A stretch of 64,000 nt of DNA from Gracilinanus agilis (lineage: Eukaryota). The translations under genes and the position numbers were made by a program. Position 1 is the stretch's first letter. Each line of letters starts with the position of its first letter. Where the stretch lies: contig NC_058130.1 in the NCBI RefSeq assembly GCF_016433145.1, positions 167,035,972-167,099,971 on the forward strand, read 5' to 3'. This document shows, in pieces, positions 35,918 through 58,830 of the stretch. Below the pieces are notes generated by a model. The model was not told the DNA's origin. It did no database searches and was given only the letters and a program-made list of their open reading frames with translations.

Positions 35918-38900
35918 TGAGAGTACAAAGAGTAAGGACTGCTATATGTTGAGGCAGGGGAACAGCACAAAGGAAAGAGGTTGGGAGGAAAGGAGAGGAT
36001 GAGGGAAAGGGACTTTGCAGTTTTATTTAAAGCCCATATCTTCTGCAAGAAATGGTGCACCCTCTTTTCCCCCAAGAATTTTTTATTTCTAAATCATCAG
36101 AGAGATAGAAAAAGAAAAGGAGAAGTATGGAAGGGAAAGAGGGTGGGAGAAAGAAGAAAAGGAGGGAGAGAAAGAAGGAAGGAAGGAGAGAGTGCTTGAA
36201 CTGGGAAGGGCTGGAGGGAAACAGATGGAGTGAGACAGAAGAGGGAGAAAAAAATGAGAAAGGAAGGAGAAGAGAAGAAAGGTAAAAGGAACAAAAACTA
36301 AGGGAAGGAAAAAGTGAGGATTATGGGGGGAAGTGAGGAAAGATCAGGGAAAAGAGAGGAGATGAGAAATGTAAAGAGAGGAAGGGAAGAAGAAGAGAGA
36401 AAGAGGGTGAGGCAAGAGAGAGAAGAGAAAGAAAAAAGTGGAGAGGGAAAGTCAAGAAGTAAAAAGAGATAGGAGAGACAGAGAGACAGAGGAGAAGGAG
36501 AGCAAAGGAACAAAGAAAATAGGAATGAATGGGAGGGAGAGAGGAGAAAGGGAAAGAAGGGGCAGAGAAAGGAAAGTTAGGAAAGGAAAAAGAGAAAGGA
36601 GGGATGTGGTAACAAGGAAAAGAGGGAAAGGGACAAGAAAGAACAGGAAAAAGTAGACAAGGACCCTCTCACTTTTGGCTTTGTCCATCATTCATGGCAG
36701 AACCTGGCAAAGAGTTGAAAAAATAAATACTTGTTGGTTGATTTTAAAATGAGGGAAAGAGAAAAAAAGAGGGGAATAAAGAGAGAAAGGAATGAGTGCT
36801 GAAATGGACTAAGGTCACACAGTAAGTGGAAAAAAAGGGTTCAGACCTTAAATGTCCAAATCTACTTTGTCATATATAGTCAGAAGAAGAGGGCACAGTA
36901 TTTACAGAGTACTTCAAAGTTTGCAAAACCCTTTAGTTTCCTCATCCTGGAGTTCCCTGCAGATAAAATCACAGAACCAGTCTCCAATTGAGACTCTTAA
37001 TAATCTTTGTGAGGTAAGTACTGCAAATATTATTGCTTCAATTAACCGAGGAGGAGAAATGCAGCTTAGAAAGGTTTAGAGCTCATGACCTCAGAATAAG
37101 TGATTATCAAATGCCAGGATTTGAATCCGGGTTTTCCTAACTCCAAGCCCAAGGCTAAGTCATATAGCGTTATAAGAAGAGGGAGTAACGAGCAGAAGTG
37201 GCTGAGGAGATGTGGAAAGCAGGAAGCTGGGAAAGGAGCTGAGGATGAGGCCAGCAGCTTTGGCAGCACTGAGCTATATATATGTACACTGTGTTGGCCA
37301 TGGGGGGGCCAATGTCCTCATCGCCTCTATTTTTGTAGATGATGACCATCAACACTGGCGATATGGAGGTAAGATGCCACTTAGAGCCTGTGGTCTCAGA
37401 ATAAGTGACTGTCAACACACACTTCACAAGATCTAACAATCCCAGGTCTCGAGCTTCCTTCATCCCCGGTCCTTAAAATGACCACCTTCACTGCCCTCAT
37501 TCCAGCCTGGTAACAGTCTCTATTCCTGAGCAGCCCTGAGCCCCAAACCCTCCCCTGTCCCCTTTCTCCTGGCTTCCTCCCTTTCTACCTCCCCTTCCCT
37601 CCTCTTCATTCCTTCTCTCCCCTTCAGCCCTCACTGTCTCCCTCTTCCCTCTCCTCTTTCCCTCTTTCTTTGCTTTCTCTCCCTTCTTTTTTTATACTGC
37701 CCTTCTCTCACCTAAGTCCATGCCACATCCATTACTCGAGCCAAATACCCTGACCTTGGTCCCTCCCGACCTGATCCAATCACTCCCTCAACCTCTGGCC
37801 CCACTCTGGCCCCGCCCTCAGGCCCCCCCTTTTACTGACCCTCCCTGCCCCTGTCCCTGACCTTTCCCTGATCTCCACCTACCTAACGCGGCTCCTCTTG
37901 GCCCCGTTCCCAGGCGGCCCCCTCTGGCCCCAGGTCTCCCGAGCTTGCGGGGGGCACCTTCAGTCGCCAGTGGACATCCGGCTGGACACCACCTATTTCA
38001 GGCCGGACCTGGTGGCCCCCCAGCTCCACGGCTTCTTCCTCCCCCCTGACCAGCCTCTGAAACTGCAGAACAACGGCCACACAGGTGAGGCAGAAGAAGG
38101 GGGCGGAACCGAAGGGGAGGAGCCACGGCTGAGGGTGGGGTCCTGGAGGAGAGGGGGGTGATGGCCGGGGGGGGGGGCGGGCGTGGCCCCGGGAAGCCGT
38201 CGCCCTGGAGGTGTGTGTGTGGGGTGAGGCCCCCGGGCTCCTCTTTCCACCGCTTCTCCCCATCTCATCCCCAGTGCAGCTAACGCTGCCCCCTGGCCTG
38301 TGGATGACGATGGGCCTGGGGACAGAGTATCGGGCCTTGCAGTTACATCTGCACTGGGGGGCCCCCAGGGTGCCCGGCTCAGAGCATACTGTCAACGGTC
38401 ACCGCTTCCCTGCTGAGGTGAGCAGTAGCTTAAGGTCAGTGGTGAGGGCTGGGGTTAGCGACCTGACCAGGGTACTAGGGAGGTTTGCTTTGGGGGTTTG
38501 GGTTCAAATGTCAGTTCTCATTCTAGATCCATGTAGTTCACCTCAACACCCGATTTGACTCAGTCCATGAAGCCTTGGGGCAACCCGGGGGCCTGGCCGT
38601 GCTGGCTGCCTTCCTCCAGGTACTACCCCCAGAAGATCTTGGTTCCCCGGGAGCCTGCAATCTCTGAACCCTGTTACCCAACATCCTTTGATCTGGGCAT
38701 CCTCTGGCCCAGGACAAATGATCCCTAGGGACACCCCAGAACCCTCATCCTCAGGCTTCCCTCTTCCAAGACCTTTGTTCCCTTGATCCCAAGATCCACA
38801 ACCCTTCCCCTGGGATTCCCAGTTTCTGCACCCTCTATCTCCTTAACCCTCCAACCTTCTCCCATTGTCTTGGGACCCTAAAGGACCTAGTCTAGGAGCC

Positions 38901-39692
38901 CCTTTCCCCCTTCCCTCCAACCTCAGGAACTCTCATGGGGAAGGCCTGGGGAGGTGGAAGGAAGAGCTTATTGGGGTGGAAGCCCCTTTGGTATTAGTCC
39001 CCCACCTCATCCCTGCTCCCTAGTGTCCTTTCTGGATCCTAGTCTTGTGTCCACATGTGTGTCTCCCCCTAAGGAGGGCCCAGAGGAGAATGATGCCTAT
39101 GAACAGCTACTGTCACATCTTGGGGAAATTGGTGAGGAAGGTTAGTTTTTGCCTCTGCCCATTCCCCACTCCAGCCCCTTGTCTGAGGGGATTGATGTGG
39201 CCCCTTCTCTAAAGGGGTTCATGGAACAGTTTAGAAATTACCTAATTAGGGGTAGCTTCATTCCTCTAACATTAAGCAAAAACAGGAAAAGGAAACCTAC
39301 CCATAAGTTCAAAAAAGCAGCATGGTATATAGGACATGGAGTACTGTGGCGTCAGGCTCAAATCCTCTCTCTGAACCTTTCTAGCCATGAGCCCGAGAGG
39401 CATTCACTACCTCTCTGCCTCAGTTTCCTCATCTGTAAAATTAAGGAGTTAAGCTAGATCATCTTGCCACCTAGCTCTAAATAAATGTTACCCAGAGGCT
39501 TTATAGGAGCCAAATAAACAGTAAAATCGTAAAGTAAGTTTTCTGGGTGGCTAAGGATTTGCTTCCTTAAGCACCACAATTAAAAAAAGAAAGAAAGAAA
39601 TCATCCATCTTGGGTGGTTATATTTCTAAGATGTATGGCATCCCTTCTGGTCCTCTTAAAGAGAGGATCCAATATACTAAATTTAAAAAGAG

Positions 39693-39738
<46 letters not shown>

Positions 39739-42700
39739 CGAATCTATCCTTATCTTGATGACTTGCTCAGCATTTGTTGTGGACAAGACCTGTGATTTGA
39801 TTGGCACTGGGAACTCCCTTTTCTGAGGCAGCCGAGTGACTTGAGGGCACTGAGAGATTAAATGATTTGCCTGGACATACAGCACAGCCAGTATATGCCA
39901 GAGGTAGCATCCAGGGTCTTTCTGACTATAACATCAGCTTTCTACAAATACTGTCTTTATCCTTCTCTTCGCCATCATTGAGAAAGCCCAATGGTGCCAG
40001 GCTTGGATGCCTTGAGGGCCTGATGAGATACAGATAGGGTGATGGCTCATGCTTTACTTGGGGAACTGGGAGATCCAGAGCAGCATCACCCCTGCTCTGA
40101 AGTCTGGTTGGATGTGGTTTTTAAATGATTTTTCTCTGATACCAGCTTCCATTACTGGCCCTCACCCCACTGCTAACTTGTTTCTATTTAGAAGTAATCA
40201 GATAACCAAGTTTGTTAGGATTATGTATAAAATAATAAATAGACTCGGTCAGAAAGATGGGAGGAAAAGGGGAGGCTCTTCAGTGCATGAGCTTTATTGC
40301 CTGACACTTGAAATTTGATTTCTGAGAGGGTTGTGTGTGTGTGTGTGTGTGTGTTTAAATGCTAAAGTGGATCCAGAGTAAAGAAATGATCAGACCTGGG
40401 TGAGGTTAATCAAGAAATAATTGGGGGGGGGGGGAGGGGGAGCAGCTGGGTGGCTCAGTGGATGGAGAGCCAGACTTAGAGAAGGGAGGTCCTAAGTTCA
40501 AATATGACCTCAGTCACTTCCTAGCTGTATGTCCCTGGGCAAGTCACTTGACCCCCATTGCCTAGCCCTTACCATTCTTTTGCCTTAGAACCAGTACACA
40601 GTACTGNNNNNNNNNNNNNNNNNNNNNNNNNNNNNNNNNNNNNNNNNNNNNNNNNNNNNNNNNNNNNNNNNNNNNNNNNNNNNNNNNNNNNNNNNNNNNN
40701 NNNNNNNNNNNNNNNNNNNNNNNNNNNNNNNNNNNNNNNNNNNNNNNNNNNNNNNNNNNNNNNNNNNNNNNNNNNNNNNNNNNNNNNNNNNNNNNNNNNN
40801 NNNNNNNNNNNNNNNNNNNNNNNNNNNNNNNNNNNNNNNNNNNTGGAATAGAGTGCTGGACTTGGATTGTAGAGAGATCTGAGTTCAAATTTTACCTCTG
40901 TCACTATTTGTGGGATCATGGGCAAGTAAGTTAAATTCTCTGAGCTTCAGTTTTCCCTGTTGTAAAATGGGAATAGCATTCTCCATAGTAGCTCATTTGT
41001 GAGAATCAAATTAAATCATGTTTGGAAAGCATTCTGCAAACCTTAAAGCACTAAATTAGTATTATTTTACTTAGAAGGGCATTGTTCTATGTAGGACGAG
41101 ATTCTGAGGTTATGGGGCACTCAGAGAGACTCAAGTAAGACCCAAGAAAATGGAGGTAGGGCCAGACAGCCTGTGATAACCTCCTGTGGGTGACTGTTCC
41201 CTTCTGTTGGCCAGACTCAGAGACTTGGGTCCCGGGACTAGATGTGTCTGCCCTCCTGCCTCACAACCTCCAACGATATTTCCGCTATAAAGGATCTCTG
41301 ACGACCCCGCCCTGCTCCCAAGGGGTCATTTGGACGGTGTTCAACCAGACGGTGCTGCTGAGTGCGGGGCAGGTGGGTCTGGAGGGGAGTTCTGAGCGGT
41401 AGAGCTGGGGGGTCAGAAGGGCGTTCCTTCTGGTGCTCTTAAAGAGAGGATCCAAATAGGACCGACCCTTATCTCGAAGACTCGCTCGGCGTTTCTGTAG
41501 CTCCTCGGTAGTACCTCAGGCGTGAGGGGGAGGGGAGGGGCAGGGGGAGATGGAGGGGAAGGGGGAGGGGAAGGGGGAGAGGAAGAAGGGCAGTCACGTG
41601 CCGTGCTGAGGAGAGAAAGCCGAGGGAACGAGTCTCCGGAGGTGAGGGCTGGGGCTGGTGGTCGAGAGGGAGTCTTCTCCTGTCCCCTCGGTCCCGACGT
41701 TTAAGACCTTTTCTGTGACCCACCCTATGACCTGGGACCCTTGACCAAATCTTTCTTCCCTGCGCCTATCGCCGCCAGCTCCGGACCCTGTCCACATCCC
41801 TCTGGGGCCCCGAGGGCTCCCGGCTCCAGCGGAACTTCAGGGCCACCCAGCCTCTGAATGGGCGAATGATCGAGGCTTCCTTCTCTCCTTCTCCCACCGC
41901 CAACAACCCGCCCTCATCCCCGGAGCCAGGTACTGCCCCATTCCCTGCCTCGGTGCGTTCCTGTGGCCCAGGATCTTGGCTTCAGGCTCTGACTTTGCCA
42001 TTTCTCCCTTTTCAGTGCATTCGAGCTCCTGCCTGAGTGTTGGTAAGTTTCTGACAGAAAACAACAACAACAAAAAAAACGCTATTTCCCTCTACTTCCC
42101 TTCTGTCATCTTTTACCTAATTAGGAATCCCCCCCCCCCCAATTTATCCAGCCCCCATCCAATGGCCTCTATTTTTTTTTTTAACCCTTACCTTCAGTCT
42201 TGGAGTCAATACTGGGTATTGGCTTCAAGGCAGAAGAGGGGTAAGGGCTAGGCAATGGAGGTTAAGTGACTTGCCCAGGGTCACACAGCTGGGAAGTGTC
42301 TGAGGTCAGACTTGAACCTAGGACCTCCCATCTCTAGGCCTGGCTTTCAATCCACTGAGCTACCCTGCTGCCGCCCCCCACCCCCACCCCCCATGGCCTC
42401 TAGAGCACTGACACTTCCTAAGGATTTTTTTTTTTCTACTGGGTTTGGGTGGTGTGGGATGAAAGAAGGGACTTTTTTTAAATAAAAGGGGAAAAGTTGG
42501 AAGTTTCCCAAATCTCATGGGAAAGGCTAGGATGTCCTTGGAGCCTTTGATGTCACTTTTGAACTTTGAGATCTATGCTGAATATAGTGCCTTGCACACT
42601 TTAAAAACGTTTTCATTTTTAAATTTTTTATATTTTATTTCTATTTATGTATGTATCATATATTTATACTTATTTGTATTTATATTTTAATAAATGTTTG

Positions 42701-43920
42701 TCGGTTTGAACTTAATAGCCTTCCACAGAAACACTGCCTGTCTCCTCTGTTTTGCTTTGTACCCCCTACAAAGCTCCATTTGCTTTTTTTTTTTCCCCTG
42801 GCCAGGACTTTGGAGATCATATTCCCCTTAGAAGTTCTTACATAGATCTAAAGCTGGAATAGACTTCAGAAGCCATCTAGTCCAATTCTTCATATATAGA
42901 TGAGCCAACTAAGGCCCACAGAGCTTAAATACTTTGCCCAAGGCTATAAGTATCAAGGGTAGGATTTGAACCCAAGGCCTCTGACCTCTGAGGCAGGCTC
43001 TTTCCACTGTATTTCCCTGTTAGGTGTTCACTCTGTTATCCCTTCCCTCCCCCCATCACCATTTCATGACCTCATACACACACATCTGATTTGTGACCAT
43101 TTTTGGCCATTATCCACACCCACAGCTGCCAATCCTACCCTTATATCTTTTTTTGCAGCCTCACTAGGTAACTCTTTATGGGACAGTGGGACAGAGATTA
43201 GATTGTTAGATGTACCAAAGGCTTAAGTAGGATTAATTTGCTTTATGTAAAAAAGCCCCCATCTAGCAATGCCCTTCTTTCACCTAAAGCAGTCTCTTTC
43301 TCTCTTGTATCCATCACTCCCACGGCCAACATTTCTTTCCTCCAGGTGACATCCTAGCCCTGGTCTTTGGACTTCTCTTTGCTGTCACAAGCGTGGCCTT
43401 CCTTGTCTATATGAGGCGTCAGAAAAGGTAAGGATGAGATCCTTTTTGAGTCAGGCAGAGGACCCCCCTCTGGGCTTGCCAATGAGGAGCCTCCGAGAGA
43501 GGAAATGGCAGCTGCCCATCATTCCCCAGTTCCTTCATCCCTAGAAAACCTAGTTCCTCTTTTCGTATTTCACTCAGCACCATTGACCTCTCTGCCTCCT
43601 CCCTTATTACTCATCGATTCATCATACACATCATTTAATTCATGTCTGGTATATTCAGCCCGGACACCCCCGTGCTTCCTTTCCTTGCTCACCATCCCCT
43701 GACCCCAGGGGCTCTGCCATCTTAGCTCAGCCGGTCCCAGACCCTCTTGAGCCATCTCAAAGAGAGCACACTAACTCTGTGAAGAGGAAACCCTGATTAT
43801 ATTGGCTTCTAGTAAGTGCCCAGGCCGGCCCTGACCCCCCTGTTTCCTAGGCAGAGGAATGTTGCTGAAGAGAAGAATATCATCTACCAGCCCACAGAGG
43901 TGACAGAAACGGTCACCTAG
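35412..43920 (+). CDS. CA9: Carbonic anhydrase 9, 456 aa, 11 exons
   Basis: Exons 35412-35790, 37339-37368, 37914-38084, 38275-38417, 38527-38619, 39074-39140, 41215-41372, 41779-41929, 42016-42042, 43346-43427 and 43851-43920; 1371 nt, open. Signal peptide, acidic PG domain, [28 protein letters not shown] and TM helix. AATAAA at 44029 and 44042. Confidence 0.98.
35630..35730 (+). repeat. 18-nt coding tandem repeat (REEDPP-type hexapeptide) in the CA9 PG domain
   Basis: [24 protein letters not shown], encoded by (A)GGGA(A/G)GAGGATCCACCC-like units. Confidence 0.85.
35868..36660 (+). repeat. (GA)n microsatellite followed by ~700 bp purine-rich low-complexity tract, CA9 intron 1
   Basis: Direct inspection: almost exclusively A/G from about 36100 to 36660. 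Confidence 0.9.
39695..39733 (+). repeat. (GA)n microsatellite, CA9 intron 6
   Basis: Direct inspection. Confidence 0.9.
40438..40606 (+). mobile_element. SINE1_Mdo-like element running into an assembly gap
   Basis: Canonical head and core; N-run from 40607. Confidence 0.85.
42180..42372 (-). mobile_element. SINE1_Mdo-like element, CA9 intron 9
   Basis: Full reverse SINE. Confidence 0.85.
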
Positions 43921-44174
43921 CTGGGGCTACCTATTGAGAGACTGATCACAGAATCCAAAAGAACAGGAGGTGGAAAAGTGCTTTTTACCCCTGACCGCTT
44001 TACCAGGAATCCCCTCTATATTTTTTTAAATAAATGTTTCTAATAAAATGACCCAGTCTCGTGTTATCTTCCAACCCTGGAGAATGGGGTTGATTTTAGT
44101 CACTAAGTTGTTGCTGGCTGTGTCTCTGGGAAGATGAAGAGCAGGGAGATAATACTTAATGAAATATTCCAAGG

Positions 44175-45222
44175 TCAGTTAGGTGGTTTGAGAGCCAGGA
44201 CTAGAGATGGGAGGTCCTGGGTTCAAATCTGGTCTCAGACCCTTCCTCACTTTGTGACCCTGGGCAAGTCATTTAATCCCATTGCTTAGCCTTTACCACT
44301 TTTCTGTCTTGGAACCAGTTACACACTAGTGATTCTAAGACAGGAAAGTAGGGTTAAAAAAAAAAAAAAGAAATCTTCCTAACAAATGGGGGGAATTGGA
44401 CTAGTAACCATAGTAGTTAACATTTACATACTGACTTGAAGCTTACAAAGTGGCTTTCCTATGCTATCCTCATTCCATCCTCATGACAACTCTTTAAGTA
44501 CTGCTATTATCCTTGTTCTATGCAAAAGGAAACGGGAGGCAGAGAGAAGTCTCAGAGATACATCTGGGGCCAGCCAGATAGTATTTTGAGGTGGGGTTCA
44601 AATTCAACTCTTCTAAGTGCTAAATCCTCTGGTCCACTTTTTAGATTTCTACCTGAATAGGTTCCCCTCTCTATAACAACCCCTGCTACGTCACCTCTGA
44701 CATCCTTTTTTTAAACCCTTGCTTTCTGTCTTAGAGTTAATACTAAGCATTGGTTCCAAGGTAGAAGAGCCGACAGTGCTAAGCAATTGGGGTCAAGTAA
44801 CTCGCCCAGGGTCACACAGCTAGGATGTGTCTGAGATCAAATAGAATCTGGGACTTCCCATCTTCAGGCTTGGCTCTCTATCCACTGAGCCACCCAGCTA
44901 TGCCAGGTTTTTTGTTTCTAGGTTATGTGACCCGTAGAGAGCCACTATTCTAAAGAGGAGCTATAACTTAACTTTCTAGGATTTCTGGAGCTTGTTGGGG
45001 AGGGAGGAGAGAGGGTCTGGATTTCTGGAGGCCACTGAGTTGACCACACCAATAAAAATGCTCAGTGGAGTGAGAGTCAGGCCTAGAGACAGGAGGTCAA
45101 ACCCGGCCTCAGCCACTTCCCAGCTGTGTGACCCTGGGCAGGTCACTTGACCCCCATTGCCCACCCTTACCAATCTTTCACCTATGAGACAATACACCGA
45201 AGTACAAGGGTTTAAAAAAAAA
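44175..45222. mobile_element. Three SINEs (44175-44370 +, 44710-44900 -, 45060-45222 +) between the CA9 and TPM2 3' ends
   Basis: SINE cores and tails. Confidence 0.8.
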
Positions 45223-46155
45223 TGCCTTAGTGGTAATAATTCAGGAAGATGCCAGAAACTGAAGCAGGTATACTCAGTGGGAATGAGATGGATGATGTTA
45301 CTGTGGTGAAAGAATTAAGGGTGATATATCTTGTTTTTCTCCTTTTCATCTAACTTGGTATGAATCTGTTTTGCTTCTTGCCATTTGATTTCAAATCTTG
45401 CTTTCCACTTGAATTTCCTGCCTATGGCTGGCCTCACATTCATCACTGGGATGTGGTCCTCTTGCTCCACTAGCCTCCCGGGTGTTTGATGTTCAGGACT
45501 GTCCTAGGAACAAGAGGGACGTCTAAGAAAGATCAGACACTGGACATGGCTGAAGACCAACATCCATGGTGTCACTATTCTCACTCTCAGAGGGGCTGAC
45601 TGGTGAGAATGCAACCCAAACATTCTATTGGCTCTGTCTGGTTGCTTCTTCCAGAGATTGGGACCTTCCATCTTGGACAAAAGTTCCAAGGCCTCTTTTC
45701 CTGATGACATCCAGGAAAAGGCATGCCTAGCCATCTAGTGACCAAGAATCATTTGGGCTTGAGAAGCAGTCAGCTTATACAATGATGCCCTGCCCTCGTG
45801 TGCCCCTGTCTGGGCAAAGCAAACCTCCTGGATGGCCTGAGGTCCTTTGGAGAATCCCCTTCCCCCTGAACAGTGACCCTTCCCATTGTAATTTGCAGAG
45901 GGGAAGGGAAAGAGAAGACCAAAAGGACTTGACTCAGTGTTGCTAGAAAAATCATTCAGGTGTGTCTGTTTCAAATTCCAGAACTCTTTCTGAGAACCCT
46001 TATGTCTCCCCCCACCAAGAAATGGCTCATGCGTGTTGAGTTGGTGGTTTTAATGGGCCTGAAATACAGGGAAGGGAGCCCTGAGCAGGGAGGGAGTGAG
46101 GGAAGGAAAGGAGAGCCCCTGCAGAGGGTAAAGCCAGGTCCACCTGGGCTGGGCT

Positions 46156-56262
<10,107 letters not shown>

Positions 56263-56389
56263 GGCTGCGGCTGGGAGTGGGCTGGAGAGGCTGTACTGGG
56301 GCAAATGGACTGTGCGGACCGGGTTCGGAACGGGCCGGGTGGTCGACTGACTGTATGGACCAGGAGGCACTGAGACGTCCCAACTCAGA

Positions 56390-56910
56390 GCCGCCGCCTA
56401 AAAGGCGGGGAGGGATCGGGCGGAGCCGGGGACCCGGGACCCTCCCCCACCAGCCGCCCGAACCTTGTAGGGGCAGAAGCAAGAGCTGGGCAGAAGGGGG
56501 AGGGGCAGAAACGAGGTGTGCGTGTAGGGGGGAGGGGGACGCAGGCGGTAGGGACTTTACTTCTCGGGTCTCTACCTACACAGCTGCCCCTCGGGATCAC
56601 CCCAATCTTCTCTGACAGAACTGCCCCTCCCCCCTAAGTCCCTCCCTGGCCCCGCCCATTGTGGGTGACCTGGGCTGGAGTCCTGCTGTCGGAAGTGGTG
56701 ACCCTGATCTTTGAGGAGGCTAGGGATAGGGAGAAGTGGCGTCGGGGAGAAGTCCCCGGGAACAGGACGGTTTGCTCCGAATACGGACAGGGGACCCCGG
56801 GGTCTTGAGAGAGAAAGCACCCACAGTCAGGGGTCCGGGCTGAGTGACACGGGGCAGCTGCCGCCTGCGGTCCCTGGGGCTATTTCGGTGCGTGAGCTCA
56901 CGGCAGCTGG
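56390..56910 (-). promoter_or_regulatory. TPM2 CpG-rich promoter with TTTTA TATA-like element, GC boxes and three CAGCTG E-boxes
   Basis: CCGCC-TAAAA-GGCGG at 56394-56408; CAGCTG at 56581, 56855 and 56904. Confidence 0.55.
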
Positions 56911-58644
56911 CGGGGGGCAGTCACTCCCCTCTCCCCACCCCCGCCCTGGGTTTGCAGCAGTCGCTACCCTTAATTTAGATATTTCCACTAAATCCACCCC
57001 GGATAGAATGTCTCCTGGGAAGCTGTCAGGGGCTAGCAGTAGTTATTCCTAGCCTTGGCTCTCCGTGTGCCTCAGTTTCCCCCTGGAGTTTGGTATTCTG
57101 CTGAGAACGAGAGAAGAGCTAAGAGGAAGAAGGGCAGCAGCATTACAGCTGAACCCTCGCGCCTCAGTTCCTTCCCTTGGCCCACCTCTTTTTTGGGACG
57201 GGGCGCGAACGTCTCTACCAAGGACTTTAGGGCGAAACTGAGGCCAAGAGGGTCTCGAAGATAGGACTGAAGGTTAACAAGGCTGGTGCAGAGCCGAGCT
57301 ACGAAGAAGAGCCAGAAATCCGCCGGGCAGCAGAGACACAAGCGGTGTCCAGCGAGGTGGTGTGATCCTGGCGGAAGAACCAATGCCCTTCCCGCCCAGA
57401 CTCTAGACGGATGGCGCGACGCTCAGGATCGACGCAGGATGTGACAGTCCGGCTTTCCCAGATCGCCCAATAAATGGTCCTTCCTAAGGACCTGAGCAGT
57501 CTGCCCTCTCTCTTCTCACTTCCCTTCCCCCTTCCCTCGCTTTCCTCCCCTCCTCCCCTTGGCACTGGGACACGCCACTCCCCCCCCCCCCACGTGCCCA
57601 GCATTTTTTCCACGATGCCTTCGGCAGCCGGAACCCTTCACCCCAGTTCCAACTCTGTGCATGCTGGCCACCCAGGGTTCCCACCTTGAGTCTACGTCCC
57701 TGGGGGCTGTCAAAGGACGGGATCGCTCTCATTCCTCTGGTCCCAGCCCTCCCCCTCATCTCCCATCTTCCCCTCCTCCCCACTCTTTCCAGCTCACTCC
57801 CCTTTCTCCCTTCCCTCCCACTCTCTCCGCCCTTCCAACTTCGCTGCCCAACTTTGCTCTGAAATTTCTTTTCGGCCCTTTTTTGGGTTCATTTTCCGCG
57901 GAGAGGCGGGGCCAGGCTGGGGCGGAACAGAGGTGGTACTGGTAGCGGGCAGCCTCCTCTACTACCCCCACTCCTCCCCGCCCCCCCCATCTCTGCTCTT
58001 ACTCAAGTAAAAAAAGAGAGATCCGCTACCAACCCCTTGGAAAGAGGGGAAGCATCCCTGGGAGCTAGCCCGGGTTGAAGTCGGGGGTGGGGTTGCTCAG
58101 AGTCGACCTTCCCACGAATTATGGCATAACCAAAGGAGGAGACCCTTCAGGGACATGGCCTTCGGAGGGGGCCCACAGTGGCCAGGGAGGGAACCAATAG
58201 TGGTCAGACTCGCCTAGAGTTTCACAAGCGGGGGGCGGGGCGAGAGGAAAAGATGCTTTTATGTGTTTTTAGTATTAATCCCGAGGATGAGGAAGAAAGG
58301 GATGATGGCCGGGTCCAAGAGAACTAAACAGGGGGGACCCTATTCACAGGGCTTTGGGAGTGAGAAGAGGGACCCACATCTAGGATTTGGGGCTGGCGAT
58401 CTATGTATGGGAGGGAGATGCACTGAGGATACAAGGTCTGGCTGGGGCTTTCCCCTCTGCTGACTTCCGCTGACTTCCACTGCCTCGTAGAAGAGACTGG
58501 AAAATGCCCAAGAAGGAGCCCCCAGGCAGTCTACATCTAATCTGTCCTGGAGGGGGTGAGAGATGAGGGAGGGGGTACCACAAACCAGACTCCCGGTTAA
58601 TGAGATAGTGAGAGCTCATAATAAATCGTCCTTGATTTTTTTTT

Positions 58645-58830
58645 TTTTAACCCTTACCTTCCATCTTGGAGTCAATACTGTTTATTGGCTCCAAGGGCTA
58701 GGCAATGGGGGTTAAGTGACTTGCCCAGGGTCACACAGCTGGGAAGTGTCTGAGGCCACATTTGAACCTAGGACCTCCCTTCTCTAGATCTGGCTGGCTC
58801 TCAATCCACTGAGCTACCCAGCTGCCCCCG
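58645..58830 (-). mobile_element. SINE1_Mdo-like element
   Basis: Reverse SINE; flanking duplication GTCCTTGATTT. Confidence 0.85.

Noticed and set aside
36097-36691. Several Leu/Ser/Phe-rich or Arg/Glu/Lys-rich ORFs
   Set aside because: Artefacts of the purine/pyrimidine tract.
57466-57477. CArG-like CCAATAAATGG upstream of TPM2
   Set aside because: Seven A/T between CC and GG rather than six; not a canonical SRF site.
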